Source: an uncultured Pelagibacteraceae bacterium
Lineage (GTDB): Bacteria; Pseudomonadota; Alphaproteobacteria; Pelagibacterales; Pelagibacteraceae
Direction of reading: 5' to 3'
Assembly: GCA_902633585.1 (NCBI GenBank)
Contig: CACPGZ010000003.1
Coordinates: 12,484 to 76,483, forward strand
Length of the DNA: 64,000 bases
This document shows, piece by piece, positions 32,885 through 44,044 of the stretch. Under the pieces are notes generated by a model. That model was not told the origin of the DNA, did no database searches, and worked only from the letters and a program-made list of their open reading frames with translations. A program made the translations under genes and the position numbers. How positions within the stretch are numbered: the stretch's first letter is position 1; each line of letters starts with the position of its first letter.

Positions 32885-33685
32885 TTATATTAAAAATTGC
32901 GAAAATTTTTTTTCATTTTCTCTTATGTATTTTGGTAAATCATTCTTATCAAGAATTTTCTGAAATTCAAATTTTCTCCCAAACAAATCTTCTTTTAATT
33001 TTATTTTTTTTTCAATATTTTCTACATTTGTAAATTCAGGTATATTAAATTCTGTATGTGCAAAAGATTTTATTTTTTCACTTATTTCAGTAGGTGTCAT
33101 TATCATTGAAAAATGCCACCCTCCGTTATCTACAATTTGCCACTTTATTTTATCAACCCTATAAAATGGATACTTTTTAACCTTTTGATCTCTTATCCAC
33201 TGAGGACTTTTAAGATCTTTAAATTTACACATTCTTGAACCATGCCAATCTGCTTCTGTTAAATTTAATAAGTTAAATTTATAATAAATCATTTTTTGTT
33301 TAAAGGCAGTATATCTTTTCTTACTTTTTACTAATCTATCTAGACACTCAAGATTTGGAATTTCATCGATATCTGAAATGATAACAAAATCATCATCATT
33401 AGCATCAAAAAGTCCTTTGGTTATAAAATTTCTTTGAAAATTTTCTCTTTGCCAGCTACTATATTGTTCTGGAAAATTTTCAATTTTTAAATATTTAATT
33501 TTATCTTTAAATTTTTTAAAATTATTTATCTCAAAATTAAAGCTGTTTTTCTTTTTACCTTGATGATTTTGTTTTGCTTCTACAATTACAAATTTATCTA
33601 TATACTTATCTAACGAATTTAATCTAACATCGAGAATTAAATCCTCATTATTGTACATGAAACAATCAAAAAATTTCATTTTCAA
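32885..33685 (-). CDS. Glycosyltransferase family 17 (beta-1,4-GlcNAc-transferase-like)
   Basis: DCF.YNNE..L..RL, FVIVEA, E..QRN, SDIDEIP and GGWHFS motifs. Confidence 0.85.
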   Translation of the reverse strand: MKMKFFDCFMYNNEDLILDVRLNSLDKYIDKFVIVEAKQNHQGKKKNSFNFEINNFKKFKDKIKYLKIENFPEQYSSWQRENFQRNFITKGLFDANDDDFVIISDIDEIPNLECLDRLVKSKKRYTAFKQKMIYYKFNLLNLTEADWHGSRMCKFKDLKSPQWIRDQKVKKYPFYRVDKIKWQIVDNGGWHFSMIMTPTEISEKIKSFAHTEFNIPEFTNVENIEKKIKLKEDLFGRKFEFQKILDKNDLPKYIRENEKKFSQFLI

Positions 33686-33687
33686 AA

Positions 33688-35496
33688 TTAATTTTCTTTG
33701 TTTATCTTTAATACACCAATGAATGCCTCTTGAGGTATCTCCACTCTTCCGAACTGTTTTGAGCGAGCTTTACCCTTTTTTTGTTTTTCTAATAATTTCC
33801 TTTTTCTATCTGTTGCTCCACCTCCATGAATTTTTGTCAAAACATCTTTCTTAAACCCTTTTATTGTTTCACGGGCAATTATTTTTCCTCCAATCGCTGC
33901 TTGAACCGGTATCATAAAATTATGTCTTGGAATCAAATCTTTTAACTTTTCACAAACATCTCTTCCAGTTCTTTGAGCAAAATTTTTATGTATCATCATG
34001 GCTAGTGCATCCACTGGCTCGCTGTTAACCAATATACCCAATTTTACTAAATCACCTTCTCTAAGAGCAATAATTTCATAATCAAAACTTGCGTAACCAC
34101 TCGTCATAGATTTAATTCGATCATTAAAATCAAATACTACCTCATTTAAAGGTAGTTCATAGTTAAGTACTGCCCTATTACCAGAATAACTTAGATTAGT
34201 TTGTATTCCTCTTTTATCCTGACATAGTTTTATAATTGATCCTAAATACTCATCAGGAGTAATTATTGTTGCTTTGATCCAAGGTTCTTCAATAAATTTT
34301 ATAAATGTCGGATCTGGAAGACTGGATGGATTCTGCAAGTCAATTACATCACCATTATTTAAATGAACTTTATAAACAACTCCTGGTGTTGTTGTAAGTA
34401 AATTAACATCAAATTCTCTCTCGAGTCTTTCGGTAATTATTTCAAGATGTAGTAAACCTAAAAATCCACATCTGAATCCTAAACCTAAGGCAGATGATGA
34501 CTCAGCCTCAAAGGAAAAACTTGCATCGTTCAACTGTAGTTTTGCCAGACCATCTTTAAGTTTTTGATATTCCGAACTATCAACAGGAAATAAACCACAA
34601 AATACTACAGGTTTACTAGGTTTAAATCCTGGTAGTGCCTGAACTGTCGGTTTTAAAGCATCACAAATAGTGTCCCCGACTTTTGTTTCTGATAAAACTT
34701 TTATTCCAGTTGTAATAAAACCAATTTCACCAGCATTTAATTCATTTATGTCTTTAGCTTTAGGTGTGAATACGCCAACTTTTTCGACAATATAATCTCG
34801 ATTAGTTGATAACATCTTAATTTTCATATTTTTAGTAATTTTTCCATTAATAACTCTTACTAATATTACAACCCCAAGGTATGTATCGTACCAACTATCT
34901 ACCAATAAACATTTTAAATCTTGTTCTAAATTCCCTTTTGGTCCAGGTAATTGGTTTATAATTTGTTCCAATATCTCATCAATACCTTCTCCAGTTTTTC
35001 CAGAACAAGGAATGGCATTTTCAGTATCAATACCAATTACGTCCTCAATTTGTTTACTAGTTCTCTCTAAATCTGATGCAGGTAAATCAATTTTATTTAA
35101 GACTGGAATTATTTCATGATTTATATCTAAAGCTTGATAAACATTGGCTAATGTTTGTGCTTCAACACCTTGGGTACTGTCAACAATAAGTATGGAGCCC
35201 TCACATGCATAAAGTGATCTGCTGACTTCATAGCTAAAATCAACATGTCCTGGAGTATCTATTATATTTAATATGTATTCTTTTCCATTTTTGGCTTTAT
35301 AATTTAGTTTAACTGTTTGGGCTTTAATTGTAATTCCTCTCTCTCTTTCAATATCCATAGAGTCTAAAACTTGAGCTTTCATTTCTCTTTCTGTTAAACC
35401 ACCACATTTGTGAATTATCCTATCTGCAATTGTTGATTTACCATGGTCAATGTGCGCAATTATTGAAAAATTTCTTATATTGTCGATAGTGCTCAT
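33688..35496 (-). CDS. lepA: Elongation factor 4
   Basis: [37 protein letters not shown] and [10 protein letters not shown] motifs. Confidence 0.98.
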   Translation of the reverse strand: MSTIDNIRNFSIIAHIDHGKSTIADRIIHKCGGLTEREMKAQVLDSMDIERERGITIKAQTVKLNYKAKNGKEYILNIIDTPGHVDFSYEVSRSLYACEGSILIVDSTQGVEAQTLANVYQALDINHEIIPVLNKIDLPASDLERTSKQIEDVIGIDTENAIPCSGKTGEGIDEILEQIINQLPGPKGNLEQDLKCLLVDSWYDTYLGVVILVRVINGKITKNMKIKMLSTNRDYIVEKVGVFTPKAKDINELNAGEIGFITTGIKVLSETKVGDTICDALKPTVQALPGFKPSKPVVFCGLFPVDSSEYQKLKDGLAKLQLNDASFSFEAESSSALGLGFRCGFLGLLHLEIITERLEREFDVNLLTTTPGVVYKVHLNNGDVIDLQNPSSLPDPTFIKFIEEPWIKATIITPDEYLGSIIKLCQDKRGIQTNLSYSGNRAVLNYELPLNEVVFDFNDRIKSMTSGYASFDYEIIALREGDLVKLGILVNSEPVDALAMMIHKNFAQRTGRDVCEKLKDLIPRHNFMIPVQAAIGGKIIARETIKGFKKDVLTKIHGGGATDRKRKLLEKQKKGKARSKQFGRVEIPQEAFIGVLKINKEN

Positions 35497-35503
35497 TTAA
35501 ATA

Positions 35504-37909
35504 TTAAGATCGAATTTTTGCGCCAGTTTTATCTTCAACAGTCTTGATTATCAAATTATTAATTTTTTCTAAATCATTCTCATTTAAAGTTCTTTCAGAT
35601 GATTGTATCGTGACACTTATTGCTATCGATTTCTGATTTTCAGGAATATTATCACCCTCATAAACATCAAAAACTCTAATATCTTTTATTAAACTTTCGT
35701 CTACATTTGAAATAGTATCTATCAAATCTTGGGCTTTTACCTCTTTGTTTACGATAAATGCGAAATCTCTCTCAGATTTTTGATAATCTGAAAATGAAAA
35801 TTTTACTTTTAGATCTTTAAGGGTTTTCTTGGGTAATTCTAAATTTTCCATAAAGATCTCAAAACCAACTAAAGACTCTGTTTTAATATCAATGTGTTTT
35901 AAAATATTTGGGTGAATTTCTCCAAAATATGCAGCTATTTGATTTTTTTTATTATTTAAAAATAATCTTCCTGATTTGCCAGGGTGATAATAATTGGGTG
36001 TTTCATTATCGATAATAAATTTTTCAGAATTATAACCTGCTTCAACTAAAGTTTGAACAACATCTCTTTTCACATCAAATACGTCTACGTTTCTATCTTT
36101 TTCAATCCAAGATAATCTAGATTTTTTACCTGCTGACAAACCACAAACTACCGTATTTTGTTCACCGGGATTAGAACCATAAAAAATAGGACCTATTTCA
36201 AATATTGATAAATCTTTAAAACCTCTGTCGAGATTTTTATTAATATATAATATTAAATTTGAAAAAATTGAATTCCTTAAAACTCCTAATTCTGAACTAA
36301 TAGGATTAATAATCTTTATCTCTTTTTTTATATCTCTAAAATAATCATTATAACGTTTGTCCGTAAACGACCAAGTGATTGCCTCTAAATAACCTTTGGA
36401 TGCAACTGATCTCTGTAAAAAATGAAATAATTTCTGATATTTATTTAAAGTAGATTTTTTTCTTTGTTTAATTGGCTCAATATACTTTATCTTTTCATAA
36501 CCACTTATTCTAACCAACTCCTCGACGATATCTACTTCCTGTGAAATATCTGGTCTCCATGAAGGAATAGTTAATTCGAGTCTTTTCTTATCCTTTTTTA
36601 CTTCAAAACCAAGATCCTCTAAAATTTTAATCATTTCTTTTAAAGAAATTTTAAAACCAGATATTTTTTCAAAAATATTTGGGTTAAATTTAATCTTTTT
36701 TGTTTTGTAAGTTTCTATTTTTTGAATATCAATTTTGCTAATTTCACCACCACAAATCTCTTTTATTAATTTTGCAGCTTTATTTAAACCATCTTCGATT
36801 GATAACGGATCTATACCTCTTTCGAATCTAAACTTTGCATCGGTATCAAGATTTAATTTTTTTGCTGTATTTCTTATTGATTTTGGTTCAAAATAAGCTG
36901 ACTCAAGTAATATATTTTTTGTATTAAATTCTGTACCAGATCTTGTACCACCAATAATTCCTCCAAGTCCTAAAACACCTTTATTATCGCTAATAACACA
37001 CATGCCACTCTCCAGTTTATAATTTTTATTATCAAGTGCTGTAAACTCTTCTCCAGACTTAGAATTTCGAACAATTATACCCTTTTCAATTTTATCAGCA
37101 TCATAAGCATGTAATGGTCTATTAATATCGAGCATAACATAGTTTGTAATGTCAACTATTGCTGAGATTGGTTTTTGACCAATAGAAATTAACTTATCTT
37201 TAAGCCATTTAGGACTTTCAGAATTTTTCACATTTGTTATCAAACAGCTTCCAAACGCATTACATCCTTGGTCTCTTTCCTTATTAATTTTTACTTTTAA
37301 GGTGTGTCTATTTTTTGAATGAATTTTTTTTTTCCCTAAATGTACTAACTTTCCAAAACCTGATGCGGCTAGATCTCTAGCTATTCCCCTGACTCCAAGA
37401 CAGTCTGGTCTATTAGGTGTTATGGATAGATCAATAAGATTTGATTTCGATTTTGAAAAATAACTTTTACCAATATTTTTTCTAAATCCTTTGGTTAATT
37501 CAGTAATCCCATCGCTTTCATCAGACAGATTTAATTCAGACTCTGAACAAAGCATTCCATAAGAAGTAACGCCTCTTATTTTAGCGACTACTAATTTTGT
37601 CTTAGTTTTGGGGATAATTGCACCTGGGGGAGCATATATAGTAAGCAATCCTTCTTTTGCATTTTCTGCACCACATACAACTTTTTTAATTTCATTCTCT
37701 CCAATATTTACGTCACAAACTTTAAGTCGATCTGCATTTGGATGTTTTTCAGTTTTTATAATTTCAGCTACTTTGAATAATTCATTATCACCAGAAAGAC
37801 TTTCTACACTCTCTACCTCTAGACCAATATTGGTAAGTTGCTCTAAAAGGTTATTTTCTTTTAGATTTGTCTTTAGATGATCTTTTAACCAATCAAATGT
37901 AATTATCAT
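35504..37909 (-). CDS. pheT: Phenylalanine-tRNA ligase beta subunit
   Basis: [40 protein letters not shown] and RDFAF motifs. Confidence 0.97.
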   Translation of the reverse strand: MIITFDWLKDHLKTNLKENNLLEQLTNIGLEVESVESLSGDNELFKVAEIIKTEKHPNADRLKVCDVNIGENEIKKVVCGAENAKEGLLTIYAPPGAIIPKTKTKLVVAKIRGVTSYGMLCSESELNLSDESDGITELTKGFRKNIGKSYFSKSKSNLIDLSITPNRPDCLGVRGIARDLAASGFGKLVHLGKKKIHSKNRHTLKVKINKERDQGCNAFGSCLITNVKNSESPKWLKDKLISIGQKPISAIVDITNYVMLDINRPLHAYDADKIEKGIIVRNSKSGEEFTALDNKNYKLESGMCVISDNKGVLGLGGIIGGTRSGTEFNTKNILLESAYFEPKSIRNTAKKLNLDTDAKFRFERGIDPLSIEDGLNKAAKLIKEICGGEISKIDIQKIETYKTKKIKFNPNIFEKISGFKISLKEMIKILEDLGFEVKKDKKRLELTIPSWRPDISQEVDIVEELVRISGYEKIKYIEPIKQRKKSTLNKYQKLFHFLQRSVASKGYLEAITWSFTDKRYNDYFRDIKKEIKIINPISSELGVLRNSIFSNLILYINKNLDRGFKDLSIFEIGPIFYGSNPGEQNTVVCGLSAGKKSRLSWIEKDRNVDVFDVKRDVVQTLVEAGYNSEKFIIDNETPNYYHPGKSGRLFLNNKKNQIAAYFGEIHPNILKHIDIKTESLVGFEIFMENLELPKKTLKDLKVKFSFSDYQKSERDFAFIVNKEVKAQDLIDTISNVDESLIKDIRVFDVYEGDNIPENQKSIAISVTIQSSERTLNENDLEKINNLIIKTVEDKTGAKIRS

Positions 37910-38973
37910 CGACTGAGACCTCTATAATTCGTAGGTACATCCAGTGGATCAAATCCAAAATGATTCAACCATCGATAATCACAATCAAAAAAAGCTCTTA
38001 AGTCATTGATTCCATATTTCAGCATGGCAAGTCTATCTATCCCAATACCAAATGCGTATCCCTGAAACTTTGATGGGTCTACTTTAACATTTTTTAAAAC
38101 ATTGGGATGAACCATTCCACACCCTAAAATCTCTAACCATTGATTTCCTTCTCCTATTATAATTTTTCCATCTTTTATCTCGTATCCAATATCAACTTCA
38201 GCAGATGGTTCTGTAAAAGGAAAATGACTAGGTCTAAATCTCATCTTAATTTTATCTAGTTCAAAAAACTCTTTGATAAAATAATTTAAACATCCCTTTA
38301 AATGACCCATGTTTATATTCTTGTCTATATGAAGTCCCTCAACTTGATGAAACATTGGTGAATGAGTTTGGTCACTGTCTGATCTGTAAGTTCTTCCAGG
38401 AGCAATTATTTTAAATGGTGGCTTATCTTTCAACATAGTTCTAATTTGAACTGGAGAAGTATGTGTTCGCAATAGTTTCTGCATTTTTTCATCTAGATAG
38501 AACGTATCATGCATATCCCTAGCAGGATGATTTTCTGGCGTATTTAGCGCTGTAAAATTATTATATTCATTCTCGACGTCTGGTCCTTCTTCAACGCTAA
38601 AACCTATTTCGGAAAAAATTGACGATATTTCATCGATCGTTTGTGAGACTGGATGAACTTTTCCTCGAACAAATGATCTTTCAGGTAATGTAATATCAAT
38701 TTTTTCTTTTTCTAATTTCTCATTAATTTCAACACTTTTAAGTTCGTTTGTTTTTGAATTTATTAAATCCTGGAGTTCATCTTTAATTATGTTTAAGTCA
38801 GAGGCAAATTTTTTTCTCTCTGACTCTGCAATTGTTCCAATCTTTTTAAATTGAGTTGAAATTAATCCATTTTTACCAAATAGATCAGATTTAATTTGGT
38901 TTATTTCTGAAATATCTAATTTTCCACTAAGCTTTGAGAAAAATTCATCTTTTATTTTTTTAAGATCTGACAT
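37906..38973 (-). CDS. pheS: Phenylalanine-tRNA ligase alpha subunit
   Basis: [33 protein letters not shown] and [11 protein letters not shown] motifs. Confidence 0.98.
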   Translation of the reverse strand: MSDLKKIKDEFFSKLSGKLDISEINQIKSDLFGKNGLISTQFKKIGTIAESERKKFASDLNIIKDELQDLINSKTNELKSVEINEKLEKEKIDITLPERSFVRGKVHPVSQTIDEISSIFSEIGFSVEEGPDVENEYNNFTALNTPENHPARDMHDTFYLDEKMQKLLRTHTSPVQIRTMLKDKPPFKIIAPGRTYRSDSDQTHSPMFHQVEGLHIDKNINMGHLKGCLNYFIKEFFELDKIKMRFRPSHFPFTEPSAEVDIGYEIKDGKIIIGEGNQWLEILGCGMVHPNVLKNVKVDPSKFQGYAFGIGIDRLAMLKYGINDLRAFFDCDYRWLNHFGFDPLDVPTNYRGLSR

Positions 38974-39016
38974 TTTTACAGATTATTTCTTCAGAGAAAT
39001 AAAACAATAGCGAAGA

Positions 39017-39373
39017 TTAATTTAAAGCTGATTGAGCTTTTTGAACGATAGTTTTAAAGGCTTCCGGACTATCATAGGCTATCTCAGCTAGAATTTTTCT
39101 ATCAATTTTTATTCCACATTTATTTAATCCATTAATAAACTTAGAATATGTCAAACCTTCTGCTCTAACCCCAGCATTTATTCTTTGTATCCACAATGAT
39201 TTAAAATCTCTTTTTTTATTTCTTCGATCTCTATATGCATATTGCATAGCTTTTTCCATAGCTTGCTTTGCAACTCTAATAGTATTTTTTCTCCTGCCCC
39301 ATTGACCTTTAACAGCTTTTAAAACTTTTTTATGTTTTGCTCTACTAGTTACACCTCTTTTAACCCTTGCCAT
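39017..39373 (-). CDS. rplT: 50S ribosomal protein L20
   Basis: MARVKRG, YAYRDRR.KKR.F..LWI.RINA and DRKILA motifs. Confidence 0.98.
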   Translation of the reverse strand: MARVKRGVTSRAKHKKVLKAVKGQWGRRKNTIRVAKQAMEKAMQYAYRDRRNKKRDFKSLWIQRINAGVRAEGLTYSKFINGLNKCGIKIDRKILAEIAYDSPEAFKTIVQKAQSALN

Positions 39374-39374
39374 A

Positions 39375-39581
39375 TTAACCTCTCAGACTGTAAGGCATAT
39401 ATGACTTAACAATTTTACCGTCTTGTCTCGACATAGTTGTAGTACCTCTTAATTTTCTTATTTGAGAATTTGTTCGTTTTATCATGCCATGTCTTTTGCC
39501 GGCTTGAGCCATTATTACTTTACCCTTTGCAGATATTTTGAACCTTTTTTTTGCAGAGCTTTTTGTTTTTAATTTTGGCAT
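39375..39581 (-). CDS. rpmI: 50S ribosomal protein L35
   Basis: [15 protein letters not shown] and KRH motifs. Confidence 0.97.
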   Translation of the reverse strand: MPKLKTKSSAKKRFKISAKGKVIMAQAGKRHGMIKRTNSQIRKLRGTTTMSRQDGKIVKSYMPYSLRG

Positions 39582-39592
39582 TATTTTGCGAG

Positions 39593-39621
39593 TTTATACA
39601 AAGAATGTTATTAATTTACAA
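39593..39621 (-). promoter_or_regulatory. Putative internal promoter for rpmI-rplT (TTGTAA-N17-TATAAA)
   Basis: Minus-strand hexamers with 17-nt spacing in the 53-nt infC-rpmI gap. Confidence 0.45.
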
Positions 39622-39634
39622 CTACTATTAAAGC

Positions 39635-40180
39635 TTATAAAGGCTGTATTACCATTATCATTTGCTTTCCATCAAACTTCGGGTGTAATTCTACCTTGCC
39701 AATTTCCTTCATATCCTCTTTGATTTTAGTCATTAACTCATTGCCTAAATGTGAGTGCTGAAGTTCTCTTCCTTTAAATCTTATTGTAAATTTTACTTTA
39801 TCACCTTTAGCAATAAATTTTTTCGCATTTTTTACCTTGAACTCGTAATCATGTGTTTCAGTTACAGGCCTCATTTTAATTTCTTTTAATGCAATTATTT
39901 TTTGTTTTTTTTTAGCAAGGTTTGCTTTTTTTTGTGCATCATACTTATATTTTCCCATATCCATGATTTTGCAAACTGGTGGTTTTGCATTTGGAGCTAT
40001 TTCTATTAAATCTAAACCTTGATTCCTCGCCATCGATATTGCTTCATTTGTACTAATAACACCTAAATTTTCTCCATCACTACCTATAACTTGGACTTCT
40101 GGAGATGAAATTCTATTGTTGGATCTTGGACCTCTATCCTTAGTTCTTCTCTGAAAATAATTTTGCTTAAAGTCTGCCAC
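39635..40180 (-). CDS. infC: Translation initiation factor IF-3 (GTG start)
   Basis: LDLIEI.PNA.PPVCKIMD.GKYKY, KEIKMRP and GDKVK..IRF.GRE motifs. Confidence 0.97.
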   Translation of the reverse strand: MADFKQNYFQRRTKDRGPRSNNRISSPEVQVIGSDGENLGVISTNEAISMARNQGLDLIEIAPNAKPPVCKIMDMGKYKYDAQKKANLAKKKQKIIALKEIKMRPVTETHDYEFKVKNAKKFIAKGDKVKFTIRFKGRELQHSHLGNELMTKIKEDMKEIGKVELHPKFDGKQMIMVIQPL

Positions 40181-42100
40181 TTAAATTGAAGATGCTTTAT
40201 TTAAAGCAGAAAATGTTTTTAAAAATTTATTTAATTCCATATTTTCTTGTTTATTAGAATCCAACCTTCTAATAGTTACGGAGTTACTGTCAACTTCTTT
40301 TTTACCACAAATTAATAAAATAGGGACTTTTGCAAGAGAATGTTCTCTTATTTTATAGTTCAAATTATGATTTTTTAAATCAACTATTGAGCTCATCCCA
40401 GCTTCTTTTATTTTTTTAGAAACTTTACTTGCATATTCCTCAAAGTCTTCTGAAATCGGAATTACCACTGTTTGCAGTGGTGATATCCAAAATGGAAACT
40501 TCCCAGCATAATTTTCTATTAAAATTCCAATAAATCTTTCAAGAGATCCGAACAATGCTCTATGTAACATCACTGGGACTTTTTTTGTACCATCTTTATC
40601 AACGTAAGTAGCATCTAATCTTCCAGGTAAGTTTAAATCTACTTGTACCGTTCCACATTGCCAATCTCTACCAATTGCATCTCTTAATACAAATTCTATT
40701 TTTGGACCATAAAAGGCACCTTCTCCCTTATTTATGCTATATTCTAATTTCGTTGCTTTAACTGCCTCTAATAAAGATGCCTCGGCTTTATCCCAAACTT
40801 TATCTTCGCCCACTCTTACTTCTGGTCTGTCAGCATATTTTAATACCACTTTTTCAAAACCTAAATCTTTATAAATATCTAAAATTAAATTTGTTACATT
40901 TAAACACTCGCTTGTAATTTGATCTTCTGAACAAAAAATATGTGCATCATCTTGTGTAAAAGCTCTCACTCTAAGAAGTCCATGCAAAGCACCTGATGGT
41001 TCATATCTGTGTACTTTACCAAATTCTGTTATTCTTAATGGTAAATCTCTATAACTTTTCAAGCCTTGATTAAAAACTTGTATATGACCCGGACAATTCA
41101 TGGGTTTTATTGCAAAAACTTTTTCGTCAGGAGTCTCAGAAGTATACATGTTTTCACCATATTTTTCCCAATGCCCCGATTTTTCCCATAACAATCTATC
41201 TAGCACCTCTGGTGTATTCACTTCTTTATATCCTGCTAAATCTTGGCGTGCTCGCATATAATTAATTAATTTTTGAAATAATGCCCAACCCTTCTCATGC
41301 CAGAAAACAGATCCTGGACTTTCTTCTCTAAAATGAAATAAATCCATTTCTTTGCCAAGCTTCCTATGATCTCTTTTTTCTGCTTCCTCAATTCTTTTTA
41401 AATAATCATCTAAATCTTTTTGAGATGCCCAACCAGTTCCATAAATTCTTTGTAACATCTCGTTTTTTGAGTCTCCACGCCAATATGCTCCAGCAACTTT
41501 TGTAAGCTTAAATGCTTTACCAATTTTGCCAGACGAAACTAAGTGTGGACCTCTACACAAGTCATGCCAAGTATCACCGTGGTGATAGACGGTTAGCTCC
41601 TCGCTCTCTGGAATACTCTCTATTATTTCTGCTTTATAGTTTTCACCAATTTTTTTGAAATGACTTATTGCTTCATCTCTTTTCCAAACTTCTCTTTTTG
41701 TTTTTACATCTTTATCAATTATTTCTGACATTTTTTTTTCTATTTTTTCTAGATCATCCTCTGTAAAAGGCTCTTTCCGAGCAAAATCATAGTAAAAACC
41801 ATTTTCAATTACTGGTCCAATAGTTACTTGTGTACCAGGGTATAATTCTTGAACAGCCATCGCCATAATGTGAGCAGTGTCATGTCTTATAACTTCAAGA
41901 CCTTCAGGGTCTTTTGCAGTAAAAATTCTTACCAAACAATCTTTTTTAATTAAAAAATATAAATCTTTTAGTTCACCGTCGACACTCATTATTAATGCCT
42001 GCTTCAACAATGACTTACTTATTTTTTCTGCAATATCTAAACCTGTGACTTCTTTTGGAAATTCAATGTTTTTTCCATCTGGTAATGTAACTATAGGCAT
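40181..42100 (-). CDS. thrS: Threonine-tRNA ligase
   Basis: TGS domain, DLCRGPH, RDHRKLG, KPMNCPGH, RVR.FTQDD and GAFYGPK motifs. Confidence 0.98.
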   Translation of the reverse strand: MPIVTLPDGKNIEFPKEVTGLDIAEKISKSLLKQALIMSVDGELKDLYFLIKKDCLVRIFTAKDPEGLEVIRHDTAHIMAMAVQELYPGTQVTIGPVIENGFYYDFARKEPFTEDDLEKIEKKMSEIIDKDVKTKREVWKRDEAISHFKKIGENYKAEIIESIPESEELTVYHHGDTWHDLCRGPHLVSSGKIGKAFKLTKVAGAYWRGDSKNEMLQRIYGTGWASQKDLDDYLKRIEEAEKRDHRKLGKEMDLFHFREESPGSVFWHEKGWALFQKLINYMRARQDLAGYKEVNTPEVLDRLLWEKSGHWEKYGENMYTSETPDEKVFAIKPMNCPGHIQVFNQGLKSYRDLPLRITEFGKVHRYEPSGALHGLLRVRAFTQDDAHIFCSEDQITSECLNVTNLILDIYKDLGFEKVVLKYADRPEVRVGEDKVWDKAEASLLEAVKATKLEYSINKGEGAFYGPKIEFVLRDAIGRDWQCGTVQVDLNLPGRLDATYVDKDGTKKVPVMLHRALFGSLERFIGILIENYAGKFPFWISPLQTVVIPISEDFEEYASKVSKKIKEAGMSSIVDLKNHNLNYKIREHSLAKVPILLICGKKEVDSNSVTIRRLDSNKQENMELNKFLKTFSALNKASSI

Positions 42101-43255
42101 TTAATTTAATAATCTTTTATACTCTGAATATGTAGAAAAACACATTTTTTCAACATTAAATTTTTTTATTATATTACTTCTTCCCTCTTTGCCCATTAGG
42201 TTTATAGATGTTTCGTCCATTGTTAATCCATGAATTATTTTTTTACTTAAAGAGTCTGCATCACCTGATTTAAATAAAAAGCCTGTTTTTTTATCACTAA
42301 TTGTCTCGTTAGATCCTCCGATATTGCTAGCTATGATTAATTTTTCCATAGATTGTGCTTCTACTGCTACTCTACCAAAAGCTTCTGGTTCTATTGAGGC
42401 TGATACAATTATATCAGAAACTTTATAAGCCAATGCCATATCTTCACAATGATCTATAAATTTGATTTGATTTGTTAAGCGGTATTGCTCAGTAAGACGT
42501 ATTAATTTTTTTTTATATAAATTTCTTCCTTGATCGTTTCCAAGTATAATTGCATGGAAAGCCTCATAACCTAATTCAATTTTAACTAAGTTGATTGCCT
42601 CAATAAATAATTCTTGTCCTTTCCACGACGTAAGCCTACCTGGCATTAAAATTATTTTTTTTTCATCATTTATATTCCATTTTTGAAGTAAATTTTTTTC
42701 GTTATCTACCAATTTTGTAGAAGAATCAAAATAATCAACGTTTATTCCCCTAAAGATGACTAAAAATTTTTTTTGGCTTGTCAAAAACTCAGAATAATTT
42801 TCTTTAATATGAGAAAAAATAAAATTTGATCCTGCAATTATCAAATCAGATCTCACCATAACAGAATTGTAAAATTTTTTAAGCTTGCCACTAAAATTAT
42901 ACGTTCCATGAAATGTGGTAACAAACTTTCTATTTGTTAACTTTGTTGCAAACAAACAAGACCAAGCCGGTGCTCTACTTCTAGCATGAACAATTGAGAT
43001 TTTATAAAATAAAATTATCCCAATTAATAAAATTGTATTTATTAAAATCAATAATGGATTTTTACTATGAACTGGAAGTTTGATTAATTTTACTTTTTTT
43101 TTATCAACAAATTTTGTTAAATCTCCTCCACTTGTTACTATAAAAGATTCACAACCATTCTCTGGTAAATAATGAGCAATATCATAACACCCGGTTTCTG
43201 CCCCTCCATAGCCTAGTTTTGGAATTACTTGTAAGACTTTTATATTAGACGACAT
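42101..43255 (-). CDS. Glycosyltransferase family 4 protein
   Basis: GGAE, HARSRAPAW, TTFHG, PGRLT.WKGQ and EAFGRVAVEAQ motifs. Confidence 0.92.
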   Translation of the reverse strand: MSSNIKVLQVIPKLGYGGAETGCYDIAHYLPENGCESFIVTSGGDLTKFVDKKKVKLIKLPVHSKNPLLILINTILLIGIILFYKISIVHARSRAPAWSCLFATKLTNRKFVTTFHGTYNFSGKLKKFYNSVMVRSDLIIAGSNFIFSHIKENYSEFLTSQKKFLVIFRGINVDYFDSSTKLVDNEKNLLQKWNINDEKKIILMPGRLTSWKGQELFIEAINLVKIELGYEAFHAIILGNDQGRNLYKKKLIRLTEQYRLTNQIKFIDHCEDMALAYKVSDIIVSASIEPEAFGRVAVEAQSMEKLIIASNIGGSNETISDKKTGFLFKSGDADSLSKKIIHGLTMDETSINLMGKEGRSNIIKKFNVEKMCFSTYSEYKRLLN

Positions 43256-43297
43256 ACAGTTAGATTATATAATAATAGGGATAACTAATAAACTTTT

Positions 43298-44044
43298 ATG
43301 AGCAGATTCTATTACCTTAAAATAAATAAATATAAAAAAATCAGGTATTTAAAAAATGCTCAAAAAAATGCAACTTACATTGTTTTTTTACATGGATTTA
43401 TGTCTAATTTAGAAGGAAAAAAACCTAAGACATTTTTAAATTTCGCAAAAAAAAATAAACTTGGTTTTCTTGCACTAGAATACTCGGGACACGGTAAATC
43501 ATCTGGTAAATTTACTAATGGAAATATTTCAAAATGGTCTAAAGAAACAACTATTTTAATTAAAAAAGTTGTGAGAAGAAATAGAATTATATTTGTCGGA
43601 TCAAGTATGGGTGCCTGGATATCTTTAAATCAATTTAAATTTTTTAGAAAAAAAATTGTGGGATTTTTAGGAATTGGTTCTGCACCTCAATTTTTAGAAG
43701 GCCTAATGTGGAATAAGTTTTCAAAAAAAATGAAAAAAGAAATAACAAAAAATGGGGTAATCAACTTGAAACATGGAAATTATGAGTATCCAATTTCATT
43801 ACAATTAATTAAGGATGGCCGGAAAAATAAAGTATTTAATAAAAAAATTTATGAAAAATTAAAAGTTACCATGATTCATGGGCAAAAAGATGAAACTGTT
43901 CCTGTTAGTTATTCTAAAAAAATTTTAAAAATTTTTGTAAATTCAAAAAAAAAATTAGTCGTCATTAGAAACGGTGATCATAGCCTATCCTCGCAAAAAT
44001 TTTTACGTATATTAAAAAAAGAGCTAAAAATGCTAATTAACTAA
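43298..44044 (+). CDS. Alpha/beta hydrolase (ABHD10-like)
   Basis: HGF.S, YSGHG.S, GSSMG nucleophile elbow, HG..D.TVP and GDH motifs. Confidence 0.9.
   Translation: MSRFYYLKINKYKKIRYLKNAQKNATYIVFLHGFMSNLEGKKPKTFLNFAKKNKLGFLALEYSGHGKSSGKFTNGNISKWSKETTILIKKVVRRNRIIFVGSSMGAWISLNQFKFFRKKIVGFLGIGSAPQFLEGLMWNKFSKKMKKEITKNGVINLKHGNYEYPISLQLIKDGRKNKVFNKKIYEKLKVTMIHGQKDETVPVSYSKKILKIFVNSKKKLVVIRNGDHSLSSQKFLRILKKELKMLIN

Noticed and set aside
26558-33685. tRNA-Ser-anchored integrative element or prophage
   Set aside because: No integrase or phage genes, no duplicated tRNA 3' end seen, and the cassette is on the tRNA 5' side
38983-39002. Hairpin TTATTTCT-TCAG-AGAAATAA between rplT and pheS as a pheS attenuator
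   Set aside because: Weak AU-rich stem; no Phe-rich leader peptide or T-box fits in the 43-nt gap
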